A stretch of 64,000 bases of DNA from an uncultured delta proteobacterium. Its GTDB lineage: Bacteria > Myxococcota > Myxococcia > Myxococcales > Myxococcaceae. Shown one piece after another: positions 50,695 to 61,168 of this stretch. The notes under the pieces were generated by a model. It had not been told where the DNA came from, ran no database searches, and saw only the letters and a list, made by a program, of their open reading frames with translations. Each line of letters begins with the position of its first letter. Positions within the stretch are counted from its first letter, which is position 1. The DNA is taken from positions 1-64,000 of the forward strand of contig CAVYSY010000005.1 in assembly GCA_963771175.1 (NCBI GenBank), written 5' to 3'. The position numbers and the translations under genes were made by a program.

Positions 50695-50898
50695 GGGCTC
50701 CTCCCCCCCTTGGCACGCCCGTGAGCGCGTGAGTGACGCGGGGGATAATGGCCAATCCCTGATCGGGAGTTTTCCGCTCGGACGCCAACCGCTTGCGTAT
50801 GAGCGCCAAGCAGATGCGGAGCCCCGAAACGCGTTTCACGGGGGCGATCAAAATTCACGCACAGTGCCTGCTCGCTCGCTCCACGAGCGGACATTTTT

Positions 50899-50915
50899 GC
50901 TGAACGGCCTTGCAG
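50899..50915 (-). promoter_or_regulatory. Candidate myxobacterial LexA (SOS) box
   Basis: Minus strand CTGCAAGGCCGTTCAGC matches CTRHAMRYBYGTTCAGS at 16/17 positions; 53 nt before the topB start. Confidence 0.7.
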
Positions 50916-50968
50916 GTAGGAGGCGGCATGTAGGGGTATGGTCGTGTCCGTTGGACGCGCTATGAGGG

Positions 50969-53900
50969 ATGACCATGGGTGACGGAGGACGGGGCGTGCT
51001 GGCCGTGGTGGCGGAGAAGCCATCCATGGCGCGCGACATCGCGCGGGCGCTGGGGGCTCGCGAGCAGGGCGAGGGGTGTTACCGGGGCAACGGCTACGTG
51101 GTGACGTGGGCCATCGGGCACCTGGTGGGACTGGCGCAGCCGCACGAGATGCGGCCCGAGTGGAAGCGCTGGCAGCGCGAGCTGCTGCCCATGCTCGCCG
51201 CGCGACTGGCCGCTGGTGGTGGAGGACAAGACGGCCTCCCAGTTCCAGGTGGTGCGCCGGGTGATGACCTCGCCCGAGGTGGACGCCGTGGTGTGCGCCA
51301 CGGACGCCGGGCGCGAGGGCGAGCTCATCTTCCGCTACATCTACGAGGCCGCCGGGTGCCGCAAGCCGGTGCGGCGGCTGTGGGTGAGCTCGCTGACGGA
51401 GGGGGCCATCCGCGAGGGCTTCCGCGCGCTGAAGCCGGGGCGCGACTACGACGGGCTGGCGGACGCGGCCAAGGGGCGCAGCCGGGCGGACTGGCTGGTG
51501 GGGATGAACCTGTCGCGCCTCTACACGCTGGCGGGCGGGGACACGCTCTCGGTGGGTCGGGTGCAGACGCCCACGCTGGCCATGGTGGTGGAGCGCGAGC
51601 TGGCCATCCGCGACTTCGTCCCCAAGGAGTACCTGGAGGTGGTCGCCACCTTCGGCCCGGCGGGCCCCGAGGGGCCCCAGGGCAGCTACCAGGGCACCTG
51701 GTTCCGTCCCGCGGAGCCGGGCAAGGAGAAGGAGTGGGACTCGCGCGAGGCCCGGCGCCTGCCCGCGGACGGTGTGGAGGCGAAGGCGGTGGTGGCGCGC
51801 GTGCGAGGCGGGCCGCGCGGCCGTGGAGTCCGTCACCGCCGAGACGAAGCGGATGGCGGCGCCGCTGCTCTACGATCTGACGGAGCTGCAGCGCCACGCC
51901 AACCGCCTGTACGGCTATCAGCGCCCAGCGCACCCTGGAGCTGGCGCAGGCGCTGTACGAGAAGCACAAGCTGTTGAGCTACCCGCGTACCGCCAGCCGG
52001 CATCTCTCGCAGTCGGTGGCGGAGACGCTGCCCGAGGTGGTGCGCGCCATCCGCGGGCCCTGGGAGGCGCTGCTCGCGCCCGGCACCGGGCAGAAGCCCG
52101 CTGGGGCGCCGCTTCGTGGACGACGCGAAGGTGACGGACCACCACGCCATCATCCCGACGACGACCTCGCCCGAGGGCGCGAGCGCTCTCCCAGGACGAG
52201 CGGCGCATCTACGAGCTCGTCTGTCGTCGGCTGCTGGCGGCGTGGCACGAGGACTTCGTCTGGTTGGTGACGACCGTCATCACCGCCGTCACCTCGCTCG
52301 CCGCGAATGGGGGCTCGCCCGTGGTGGACCGCTTCCACAGCGCGGGCACCATGGTGGAGCGCGAGGGCTGGAAGGTGCTGGACGTCGGGGGAGGGCAGCG
52401 TGCCCCGAAGTCCCGCGAGGCGGGGAAGAAGAAGGAGGGCGAGGCCGAGGCGGAGGAGCCCGAGGACGAGCAGGAGCTGCCGCCGGGGCTGACGAAGGGG
52501 CTGGCGCGTGCGGTGCGCGAGGTGAAGCCGGTGACGAAGCGGACGCGGCCCCCGCCTCGCCTCACGGACGCGAGCCTGCTCACGGCGATGGAGACGGCCG
52601 GGCGGGCGCTGGACGACAAGGAGCTGGCGGACGCGATGCGCGGAGTCGGGGCTGGGAACGCCCGCCACGCGCGCGGCCATCATCGAGACGCTGCTCGACC
52701 GTGGCTACCTGGTGCGGCGGGGCAAGGCGTTCGAGGCGACGGAGAAGGGCATCGGGCTCATCCGGGTGGTGCATCCGGACGTGAAGAGCCCGGCGATGAC
52801 GGGGCAGTGGGAGGCGCTGGCTGCAGCGCATCGAGCGCGGCAGCGGAGACCTGGACTCCTTCCTCCGGGGCATCGAGGCCTACGTCATCGAGGTCGTGGG
52901 CAAGGTGCCCCCCTCGCTTCCCATGCCTCCTCCCACCACGCCGCTGCTCCCGGCGGGAGCTCCGCGTGAGGCCGCGCACCCCGTGTCCAAACCCAGGAGC
53001 ACCCGGGCTCCCAGCAGCACCCGGGCTCCCAGCGAGCCGACTCCGGCCTCCAGGTCATCCCGCAAGAATGCCGTGCTCCCCCTCGCGAACACCGTCCGGC
53101 CCGAGCGCACGCCCCGCGCGCCCACGCCACCGGAGGCCCTGCGCGGATTGCTGAAGGAGGTGTTCGGCTTCTCGGACTTCCGGCCGTACCAGGAAGCGGT
53201 GTGCCGCGCGGCGACCGAGGGCAAGGACCTGCTGCTGGTGATGCCCACCGGAGCGGGCAAGTCGCTCTGCTACCAGCTGCCCGGCCTCGCGCGGGCGGGC
53301 ACGACGCTCGTCATCAGCCCGCTCATCGCGCTGATGGAGGACCAGGTGGCGCGGCTGCAGTCGCTCGGGCTGGCGGCCGAGCGCATCCACTCGGGACGGG
53401 ACAGGGCCACGTCGCGCCAGGTGTGCGCGGACTACCTCGAGGGCCGGCTGGACTTCCTCTTCATCGCCCCCGAGCGGCTCGGGGTGCCCGGCTTCGTGGA
53501 GCTGCTGGCCCGGCGCACGCCCTCGCTGGTGGCCGTGGACGAGGCGCACTGCATCTCTCAGTGGGGGCACGACTTCCGCCCGGACTACCGGCTGCTGGGC
53601 ACCCGCCTGCCGATGCTGCGCCCCGCGCCCGTCATCGCGCTCACCGCCACCGCGACCCCGGACGTGCAGCACGACATCGTCCAGCAGCTCGGGCTCCAGG
53701 GACCGCGAGACAAGCCCGCGCGCACCTTCATCCACGGTTTCCGGCGCACCAACATCGCCATCGAGGTGCGCGAGCTCAACCCGAGCCAGCGCGGCGACGC
53801 CATTCGCGAGCTGCTCGCCGAGCCCGAGCACCGTCCGGCCATTGTCTACGCCTCCACGCGCAAGCACGCGGAGCGGTACGCCGAGGCGCTCGGCGCGGAC

Positions 53901-55331
53901 TTCTCCACCGGCATGTACCACGCGGGCATGAGCGCCTCGGATCGCGACGCGGTGCAGTCGGCGTTCCTCGGAGGCCGGCTGGAGGTCATCGTCGCGACGA
54001 CGGCCTTCGGCATGGGCATCGACAAGGCGGACGTGCGCACCGTGGTCCACGCCGCGCTGCCGGCCAGCCTGGAGGGCTACTACCAGGAGCTGGGCCGCGC
54101 GGGCCGCGACGGGAAGCCCTCGCGCGCGGTGCTGCTGCACTCCTTCATCGACCGGCGCACGCACGAGTTCTTCCACGAGCGCGACTACCCCGAGCCCTCC
54201 GTCCTCGAGCGCCTCTACCGGGCCGCCCGCGACGAGCCGGAGCCCAAGGAGTCCCTCGCGGCCCGGGCGCGCGTGGCGTCGGATACCTTCGACAAGGCGC
54301 TCGAGCAGCTCTGGATTCACGGCGGCGTGGAGGTGACTCCAGACGAGTCCGTTCGCCGTGGGCGGCCGGGCTGGGCGGCCTCGTACTCGGCGCAGCGCGA
54401 GCACAAGCAGTCACAGCTCGACCACATGGCCCGCTACGCCGAGTCCCACGGATGCCGCATGCGGCACCTCGTGGCGCACTTCGGTGACCTGCAGGACTCG
54501 GGGGCGGCGTGCGGCCTGTGCGACGTCTGCGCGCCCGAATCCTGTGCCACCCTGCGTTTCGGCGAGCCCTCCGCCACCGAGGCCCAGGCACTCGCGCGCA
54601 TCCTCGGGGCGCTCCACGAGCGCGATGCCCAGGCCACCGGCCGGCTCCACCGCGAGCTGTTCGGCGAGGCGCTGCCACGACGTGACTTCGAGCGGCTCCT
54701 CGGGGGTCTCGTGCGCGCCGGGCTCGTGCGTCTGTCCGAGGACACCTTCGAGAAGGATGGTCAGAACATCACCTTCCAGCGCGTGACGCTCACGCCCGAG
54801 GGCCGGCGCACGCACGAGCCCGCTCCGGGGCAGGTGCAACTGCCACGGGCTCCGGACGAGGCCCCCGCGCGCAAGCGCCGCGGCTCGAAGGCCAAGGGCT
54901 CGCGGACCAAGGTCTCCAAGGGGGGACGCACGCGCCGGACCTCACGCGGGAAGGCCGCCGATTCCTCCACCACCTGGTCGAAGGTCGAATACGAAGGGGA
55001 CATGGCGGAGCCGGTGGCGGCGCCTCGCGCCCCTCGTGGCCGGGAGGCCCTCGCGCGGGCGCTGGAGCGCTCCAGGCGCAGCGGGGCGACGCTCGGTGTG
55101 GGCTCGGCCTCGCCCCGACTGGTGGAGGCCCTGCGCTCGTGGCGGCTCAACGAGGCCCGCAGGCGCCGCGTGCCCGCCTTCCGCATCCTCACCGACGCGG
55201 TGCTCGGCGCCATCGCCACCGCGTGCCCTCGGGACGGCGCGGCGCTCCAGCGCATCCACGGTGTGGGCCCCAAGCTGACCGAGCGCTACGGCGACGCCAT
55301 CCTCGCGCTCGTCGGCCACGAGTCGCCCTGA
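50969..55331 (+). CDS. topB: DNA topoisomerase III - RecQ helicase fusion; frameshifts confined to the topoisomerase half
   Basis: AEKPS, TWAIGHL, ATDAGREGELIF, GRVQTPTL, SYPRT, DHHAIIPT, GLGTPATRA, TGQWE; then MPTGAGKS, DEAH, QELGRAGRDG, CGLCDVC and an HRDC domain. Confidence 0.88.
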
Positions 55332-55486
55332 GGCCCCAGTGCCCGTTGGACAACCCTCGTCCCGGCGGGGGGTGGTATTGCCATCTCGGTTTATGAGAAG
55401 GTGAGCATCCGTTCTCGACGCGAGCGGGGCTCTGCCGCAGGAGTCGCTTTCCTTGCTGGTGCCGATGAGGTGCCGAGGGGGCCGTC

Positions 55487-56065
55487 ATGCCGCTGGAGAA
55501 ACTGGTCTTCGCCTCGACGGTCGAGTCGCTGTTCGTCCGGCAGCTCGGGGCGAGGTGGTCCCCCCACGACCGGGAGCGGCTGGCGGAGGCGGGGCTGGAC
55601 CTGTCGCGGCCCCTCGCGGTCTCCTACCCGCTGGAGCAGTGGAAGACTTTCGTGCGCATCGCCGCCGAGGCGCTCTATCCGCGGCTCTCTCCCGTCGAGG
55701 CGCATCGGTGGATGGGCATCCACTTGCTGGAGGGCTACCTCCAGACGTTCCTGGGGAGCATGGTGGCGGAGCTGGCTCTGGCGCTGGGCCCGCTGCGCAC
55801 GTTGGAGCGCGTCGGGCAGGACTTCCGCAGCGGCAACAACTTCAGCGAGGTGCGGGTGGTGGAGCTCTCGCCCCGTCACATCGAGCTGTGGATGAACGAC
55901 GTCCTCTGTGAGCACCCCTCCTTCGCGGCGGGCTTCATCCTCCGGACACAGCATGTGGCCGGTGCGCGCGGCGCCTTCGTGGACGTGCGCTCCTTCGATG
56001 GCACCGCCTGCACCTTCGACGTCCGATGGCGGGAGGCCATCGTCCCCCAGGCCCTCAACGGCTGA
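55487..56065 (+). CDS. DUF2378 / TIGR02265-like Myxococcales protein
   Basis: EKLVFASTVESLF...RLAEAGLDL...YPLEQW...FRSGNNF pattern. Confidence 0.8.
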   Translation: MPLEKLVFASTVESLFVRQLGARWSPHDRERLAEAGLDLSRPLAVSYPLEQWKTFVRIAAEALYPRLSPVEAHRWMGIHLLEGYLQTFLGSMVAELALALGPLRTLERVGQDFRSGNNFSEVRVVELSPRHIELWMNDVLCEHPSFAAGFILRTQHVAGARGAFVDVRSFDGTACTFDVRWREAIVPQALNG

Positions 56066-56070
56066 GGCGC

Positions 56071-57528
56071 CTACAGGTACGGCGACAGCAGCCGCGCCAC
56101 GCCATCCCGCAGGCGGACGGGCAGCGAGCGGCCATTCACCTCCTCCAGGGTGAGGAGTCGCGCCTTCGTGAGCCGCTCCTCGATGAGGGCGTCCAGGCGC
56201 GTGGCGAGCTCCGGGTCGTAGCACTCCACGTTGAACTCGAAGTTGAGCCGCAGCGAGCGGGGGTCCCAGTTCGCCGAGCCCACCAGCGACCACGCCCCAT
56301 CCACCACCATCAGCTTGGTGTGGTCGAACGGAGGCGCGGTGAGGAAGACGCGGCAGTTGGGGCGCATCACCTGCCAGAACTGCGCGGTGGCGGCCCATTG
56401 CACCACCGGGAGGTTGAGCCGCTCGGGCAGCACCACGTCCACCCGCACGCCCCGCAGCGCCGCCACGTTCAGCGCCGTGACGAGCGCCGTGTCCGGGATG
56501 AAGTAGGGCGTGACGATGCGCACCGTGCTGCGCGCGCACGCCAGCGCGCCCAGCAGCGTCCAGCGCACCGTCTCGAAGTCCTCGTCCGGGCCGTCCGGAA
56601 TCCCCCGGGCGAGCACCGGCCCGGCGGGCTCCAGCGGAGGGAACCACGCCTCCCCCTGCAGGCGCTCCTTCGTGGTGAAGGCCCAGTCCTCGGCGAACGT
56701 CTCCTGCAACTGCCCCACCACCGGTCCCTCCACGCGGAAGTGCAGGTCGCGGGCGTCGCCGTGGCCGGGCAGGAAGTGCTCGCGGATGTTCATCCCCCCG
56801 GTGAAGCCCACCCGCCCGTCCACCACCAGCAGCTTGCGGTGGTTGCGCAGGTTCATGAAGGGCAGGCGCGCGGGGAAGAGGAGCGTGGGGAGGAAGCGCG
56901 CCACCCGCACCCCGGCGCGGCGCAGGCGGCCGGTGACGGGCGGCCAGTGGTAGCGCACCCCCATCGCGTCGATGAGCACGCGCACCTGCACCCCGCGCTT
57001 CACCGCTCGCCCGAGCGCGTCCACGAAGCGCCGGCCCGCCTCGTCGTTGTCGAAGATGTAGCTGCACAGCGAGATGGAGGCGCGCGCCGCGTCGATGGCC
57101 TCCAGCATGGCCGGGTAGGCACCCGCGCCGGCCTCCAGCGGGACGAGCCGGTTGCCCGGCAGCAGGGGGCGGTGGTGAATCACCTCGTCCACCAGGCGGG
57201 CGAGCGAGGCGAGATGCTCGGCCGGAGGCACCGCCGTCGCCAGCGTCTCGGGGGTGCACGCGGGCACACCCGACCGGGGCGGGAACTGGCCGTGCTCCTG
57301 GCGCAGCGTCAGCGAGCGGCCCCGGCGGCGGATGCGGTTGATGCCCAGCAGCAGGTACAGCACCACGCCCACCAGCGGAACCAGCCACACCAGTCCCACC
57401 CAGGCCACCGCCGCGCGCACGTCCCGCTTGCGCAGCACCGCGTGCCCGGTGGCCAGGACATTGGCCAGCACCGTGAACACCGCCGCCACATGGGGCCATA
57501 TCGCCAGGAGCAGCGATTCCAGCGTCAT
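56071..57528 (-). CDS. cls: Cardiolipin synthase (phospholipase D family)
   Basis: Two N-terminal TMs; two HKD motifs NHRKLLVVDG and HTKLMVVDG...GSANWD. Confidence 0.92.
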   Translation of the reverse strand: MTLESLLLAIWPHVAAVFTVLANVLATGHAVLRKRDVRAAVAWVGLVWLVPLVGVVLYLLLGINRIRRRGRSLTLRQEHGQFPPRSGVPACTPETLATAVPPAEHLASLARLVDEVIHHRPLLPGNRLVPLEAGAGAYPAMLEAIDAARASISLCSYIFDNDEAGRRFVDALGRAVKRGVQVRVLIDAMGVRYHWPPVTGRLRRAGVRVARFLPTLLFPARLPFMNLRNHRKLLVVDGRVGFTGGMNIREHFLPGHGDARDLHFRVEGPVVGQLQETFAEDWAFTTKERLQGEAWFPPLEPAGPVLARGIPDGPDEDFETVRWTLLGALACARSTVRIVTPYFIPDTALVTALNVAALRGVRVDVVLPERLNLPVVQWAATAQFWQVMRPNCRVFLTAPPFDHTKLMVVDGAWSLVGSANWDPRSLRLNFEFNVECYDPELATRLDALIEERLTKARLLTLEEVNGRSLPVRLRDGVARLLSPYL

Positions 57529-57693
57529 CCCTCCTCCGCCCGGCCGCGTCGAGACGGGGCTGGGGGACAGTATGTGCACGGTCGTCCGGGTGTGGCGCGG
57601 GCGGGCCGGAGGGCTCCGTCCAGCATCCTTCAGAGGTGCGCTTCAGGGGGGCTCTTCAGGGGGACTCCCCAGGGGTGCATATACTGCGGTGCC

Positions 57694-58746
57694 ATGGAGC
57701 CCATGCCCGACGTCACCCGCTTCTTCCACCCCGTCCTGGCCGCCCGGAAGCTGCGCGGGAAGCCGGTGCGCGTGGAGCTCGCCGGCCGCGCCTACGTCCT
57801 CTTCCGCGATGCCCAGGGCCGCCCCGCCGCGCTCGCGGACGCCTGCCCCCACCGCTTCGCCCCGCTGTCCGCCGGCCGTGTCACCCCCGAGGGCCAGCTC
57901 GAGTGCCCCTACCACGGCTGGCGCTTCGACGCCGACGGCCATGGCCGCAGTCTCAGCCAGCCCGACCTCAAGAAGTGCGACGCGCGCGCCTTCCAGGTCG
58001 TCGAGCGCTACGACTACCTCTGGCTGGCCGCGCGCGACGCGCCCCTCTCCGCCTTCCCGGACTTCGCCCCCCAGGGCTACGAGTTCAACGGCTCCTTCTC
58101 CATGCTCTTCCGCGCGCCGCTGCACGTGGTGCTCGACAACTTCAGCGAGGACGAGCACACCCCCACCGTCCATACCCGCCTCGGGTGGGACCGCACGCAA
58201 GCGGGAGGCGTCGAGTACGACGCCCAGAACTTCGAGGACCGCACCGAGGTGCGCTACAGCGCTCCCCAGCGGCCCTCGTACCTCATGCCCCTGCTGCTGC
58301 TGCGCAATGGCGACATCTTCCACAACCGCTGGGTGACGCGCTTCGACCCGCCGCGCGCCGACTTCACCATCACCTGGACGGGCCCCACCGGCCAGCAGCG
58401 CCCCTTCACCAACCGCCCCATCGTCTTCTTCGTGCCGGAGACGGCGAACACCACGCGCCTGCACGTCTTCTCCTTCGGCCTGCTCCATGATGAGCGCCTG
58501 CGCCCGATCATGCCGGTGGTGCGCCGGGCCTCCATCGTCCTGGCCTGGTTCGAGGTCCGCGACGACGCCCGCTTCATCCCCCTGGTGGCCGGCACCCCCT
58601 ACAGCATGAAGGGCATGCGGCTGAGCCGGTACGACAAGCCCCTCATCCACAACCGCAAGCTGCTCGAGCGCATCTACTTCGCCCAGGACGACGCCAGCGC
58701 CTCGCCCGAGCCGCTGATGAATGTGCCCGAGGCCGCCAACGGCTGA
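57694..58746 (+). CDS. Rieske [2Fe-2S] non-heme iron oxygenase
   Basis: CPHR...CPYHGW; mononuclear iron site DNFSEDEHTPTVH. Confidence 0.9.
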   Translation: MEPMPDVTRFFHPVLAARKLRGKPVRVELAGRAYVLFRDAQGRPAALADACPHRFAPLSAGRVTPEGQLECPYHGWRFDADGHGRSLSQPDLKKCDARAFQVVERYDYLWLAARDAPLSAFPDFAPQGYEFNGSFSMLFRAPLHVVLDNFSEDEHTPTVHTRLGWDRTQAGGVEYDAQNFEDRTEVRYSAPQRPSYLMPLLLLRNGDIFHNRWVTRFDPPRADFTITWTGPTGQQRPFTNRPIVFFVPETANTTRLHVFSFGLLHDERLRPIMPVVRRASIVLAWFEVRDDARFIPLVAGTPYSMKGMRLSRYDKPLIHNRKLLERIYFAQDDASASPEPLMNVPEAANG

Positions 58747-58966
58747 GCCCGCGCCGAAGGGGGTGCCCACTGTCCGATTGCGATACATCCCCGTCCGAGA
58801 GTCGGGCGGGGAGCGTCTCACGCGCACAACTCCTTGATACATCAAACGTTTTGGCGAAAAACGTCAGGACTCTTTACGCGGGAGCCGGGATTGCTTGGAG
58901 CATCTGTGCTCCACGGCCTTTCACGTTATCGCGGCCAAGTCCCGAATTTCTGAGGAGACGGGCTCT

Positions 58967-58982
58967 TGGCCCGGAGGTTGCT
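58967..58982 (+). promoter_or_regulatory. Candidate sigma-54 promoter
   Basis: TGGCCCG-GAGG-TTGCT: exact GG-N10-GC spacing, about 80 nt upstream of the protease ATG. Confidence 0.6.
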
Positions 58983-59063
58983 CATGGGCACGGCGCGCGG
59001 TCGAGGCTGGATACCCCCAGGCGACCGCGTCCAACCCTTGTTGTCCCCCAAAAGGAAGCTCCC

Positions 59064-59861
59064 ATGCGCAAGCTCTCCATGGCGTTGCTGGCTGGTGTTG
59101 CTCTCGTTGGTTGCGGTGGTCCCGAGGCCGCCGAGCAGAAGATTCCGACGTTCGAGGAGTTCCAGGCCGAGGCCATCACGGACGAGGGCGACGTCTATGT
59201 CGTCAACGGCGACGAGGCCGTCGAGGGCGTCGAGGGCCTGCGCGCGTACTATGACAACTTCGTGGCCAACGGCGACGTGGGCTCCACCGAGGGCGGCCTG
59301 GCCGTGTACTACAGCGGCGGCGACATCAAGTGGAGCGCCACCCAGGCTCGTAACCTCACCTACTGCGTGAGCTCCTCCTCGTTCGGCAGCCGCTACAGCA
59401 CCGTGGTGAGCGCGATGAACAACGCGACCGCGGCCTGGGAGGCCACCTCCAACGTCAACTTCATCCACAGCAGCACCTACGACTCCAACTGCACCGCGTC
59501 CCAGACCGGCGTGCTCTTCGACGTGCGCCAGACCAACGTCACGAGCTACCTGGCCCGCGCGTTCTTCCCGAACTCCAGCCGCTCGAGCCGCAACATCCTC
59601 ATCAGCACCAGCGCCTTCGGCAGCATCTCGCCCTGGACGCTCACGGGCATCCTCCGCCACGAGCTGGGCCACACGCTCGGCTTCCGCCACGAGCACACCC
59701 GCCTGTCGAGCACCGGCTGCTACGAGGACTCCGCCTGGCGCGCGCTGACCAGCTACGACTCCTCCTCCGTCATGCACTACCCCCAGTGCAATGGCACCCA
59801 GACGGGCGACCTCGTGCTGACCAGCCTGGACAAGTCCGGCGCCAAGTCGCTCTACCCGTAA
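59064..59861 (+). CDS. Zinc metalloprotease lipoprotein (M57-like metzincin)
   Basis: Lipobox LVGC; HELGHTLGFRH; Met-turn SVMHY. Confidence 0.88.
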   Translation: MRKLSMALLAGVALVGCGGPEAAEQKIPTFEEFQAEAITDEGDVYVVNGDEAVEGVEGLRAYYDNFVANGDVGSTEGGLAVYYSGGDIKWSATQARNLTYCVSSSSFGSRYSTVVSAMNNATAAWEATSNVNFIHSSTYDSNCTASQTGVLFDVRQTNVTSYLARAFFPNSSRSSRNILISTSAFGSISPWTLTGILRHELGHTLGFRHEHTRLSSTGCYEDSAWRALTSYDSSSVMHYPQCNGTQTGDLVLTSLDKSGAKSLYP

Positions 59862-59915
59862 TCCGTCCGCTCGCTTGAGCTGACAGGGGCCGGGGATGCT
59901 CACCTCTCTCCGGCC

Positions 59916-60293
59916 TCACATTTCCGGCGCCATCGCCTCCTCGGGCAGCGACATGGGCTCGAAGAAGATGAGCGTCTTCAGCTGGTCCGAGCCGTGGATG
60001 TCGATGCACTCGATCTCCCCGCTCTCGCTCTCCGCGGCGTAGACGTGCGCCGGCTCCGGGATGCGATGGGTAATCTCCTCGCCCGGCCGCCCCACCGTCA
60101 CCTGGATGGCGCCCTCCTCACTGCCCTTCTCCGCGAGCGAGATGTCCACCAGGGGTAGGCGCTCGGTCACCGTCTGCTCACCGAGGTTCGGGACCTCGGC
60201 CTCGACGCGCACCCAGTGGTCGCGCTCGATGGTGCTCACGAGGGAGAGGTAGTCGGCCCACCCGTCCCGGGGAATCTCTCGCGTGTGATACAT
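59916..60293 (-). CDS. DUF5335-like protein
   Basis: REIPRDGWADYL...LGEQ...LPLVDIS...ITHRIPEP. Confidence 0.7.
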   Translation of the reverse strand: MYHTREIPRDGWADYLSLVSTIERDHWVRVEAEVPNLGEQTVTERLPLVDISLAEKGSEEGAIQVTVGRPGEEITHRIPEPAHVYAAESESGEIECIDIHGSDQLKTLIFFEPMSLPEEAMAPEM

Positions 60294-60439
60294 TGGCCTG
60301 CCTCCGGCGCCTGGTCCGCGTTGGGGTTCTCTCCAAGCGTAAGGACGCCGGGAATCGGCGCCAGCGCTCTATCCGAGAACGGATACGGGACGAGCGGCGG
60401 GGCCCCGGCATGCCGCCCGCCCTGTGTGAATCCAGGCAC

Positions 60440-60832
60440 TCACTTCCGCTGGGGACTCGGGGCCTTCGGATAGAGCTCCACCAGGGTGGCCTCGTACCTG
60501 CCGCCCGGCTCGTCGTAGGAGGCGCGCACCTGCGAGCCCTCCTGGAGTTGAGCCCGGTCCGCCTGCTGGCCGCCGCTGACGATGCGGGTGTCCTCGCCCA
60601 GCGCGAGCGTCAGCGTGGTGCCGTCCTTCTCCTTCACCGTGATGCTGTTGCCGGCGACCCCCGTCACCGTCCCGTAGATTTCCTGGTCCGCCAGGTCCTC
60701 GCCGCCAAGGTTCTCGGGGTTCTGTTCGGCGACGCGGTCCTCCTGGCCCAGACGGTCACTCTCCTTCTTGCAGCCAGCGAGGCCGAGCAGGGCCACCGCC
60801 GTCAGACTCCACGTCCACTTGTGCATGGCCAT
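60440..60832 (-). CDS. Small lipoprotein with OB-fold (DUF5666-like) domain
   Basis: Lipobox LAGC; GTVTGVAGNSITV...LQEGSQVRASY. Confidence 0.65.
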   Translation of the reverse strand: MAMHKWTWSLTAVALLGLAGCKKESDRLGQEDRVAEQNPENLGGEDLADQEIYGTVTGVAGNSITVKEKDGTTLTLALGEDTRIVSGGQQADRAQLQEGSQVRASYDEPGGRYEATLVELYPKAPSPQRK

Positions 60833-61029
60833 TGGCTCCTTGCCGCCGGGCTCCGACGGCTCCTTTGGACACAAGGTGGTGTGTCAGAGCGAGCGGGCAC
60901 AATGGGATCGGGCGTAAGGCAGGGGGTTCCTCGCCTGTCAAAGTGGGCAGGCGTGCGGCCGTGCCTCGAGCGGGGCGCGTGTGCTCCTCGAGCCCACCGA
61001 CGGAGACAGCCTCCTCCTCCTCCGGCCCT

Positions 61030-61070
61030 GGTTTAAGTCAATTGACGTTTTCAGTCGTTCGACTTAAACC
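61030..61070. promoter_or_regulatory. Inverted repeat, probable TetR operator
   Basis: GGTTTAAGTC-N21-GACTTAAACC, AT-rich, containing TTGACG, about 100 nt upstream of the TetR gene. Confidence 0.7.
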
Positions 61071-61168
61071 ATTTCGCGTGGGCTCGAGGACGGGCCACCC
61101 CCGGAGGTCATGATGAGTGCCGACAACAGCATTCAGCCCAGTGGCGACAAGAAGGTTCCGGTGCGCTG

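Noticed and set aside
52998..53033. 18-bp tandem duplication
   Set aside because: In-frame STRAPS repeat in the topoisomerase-helicase linker; no sign of a target-site duplication.
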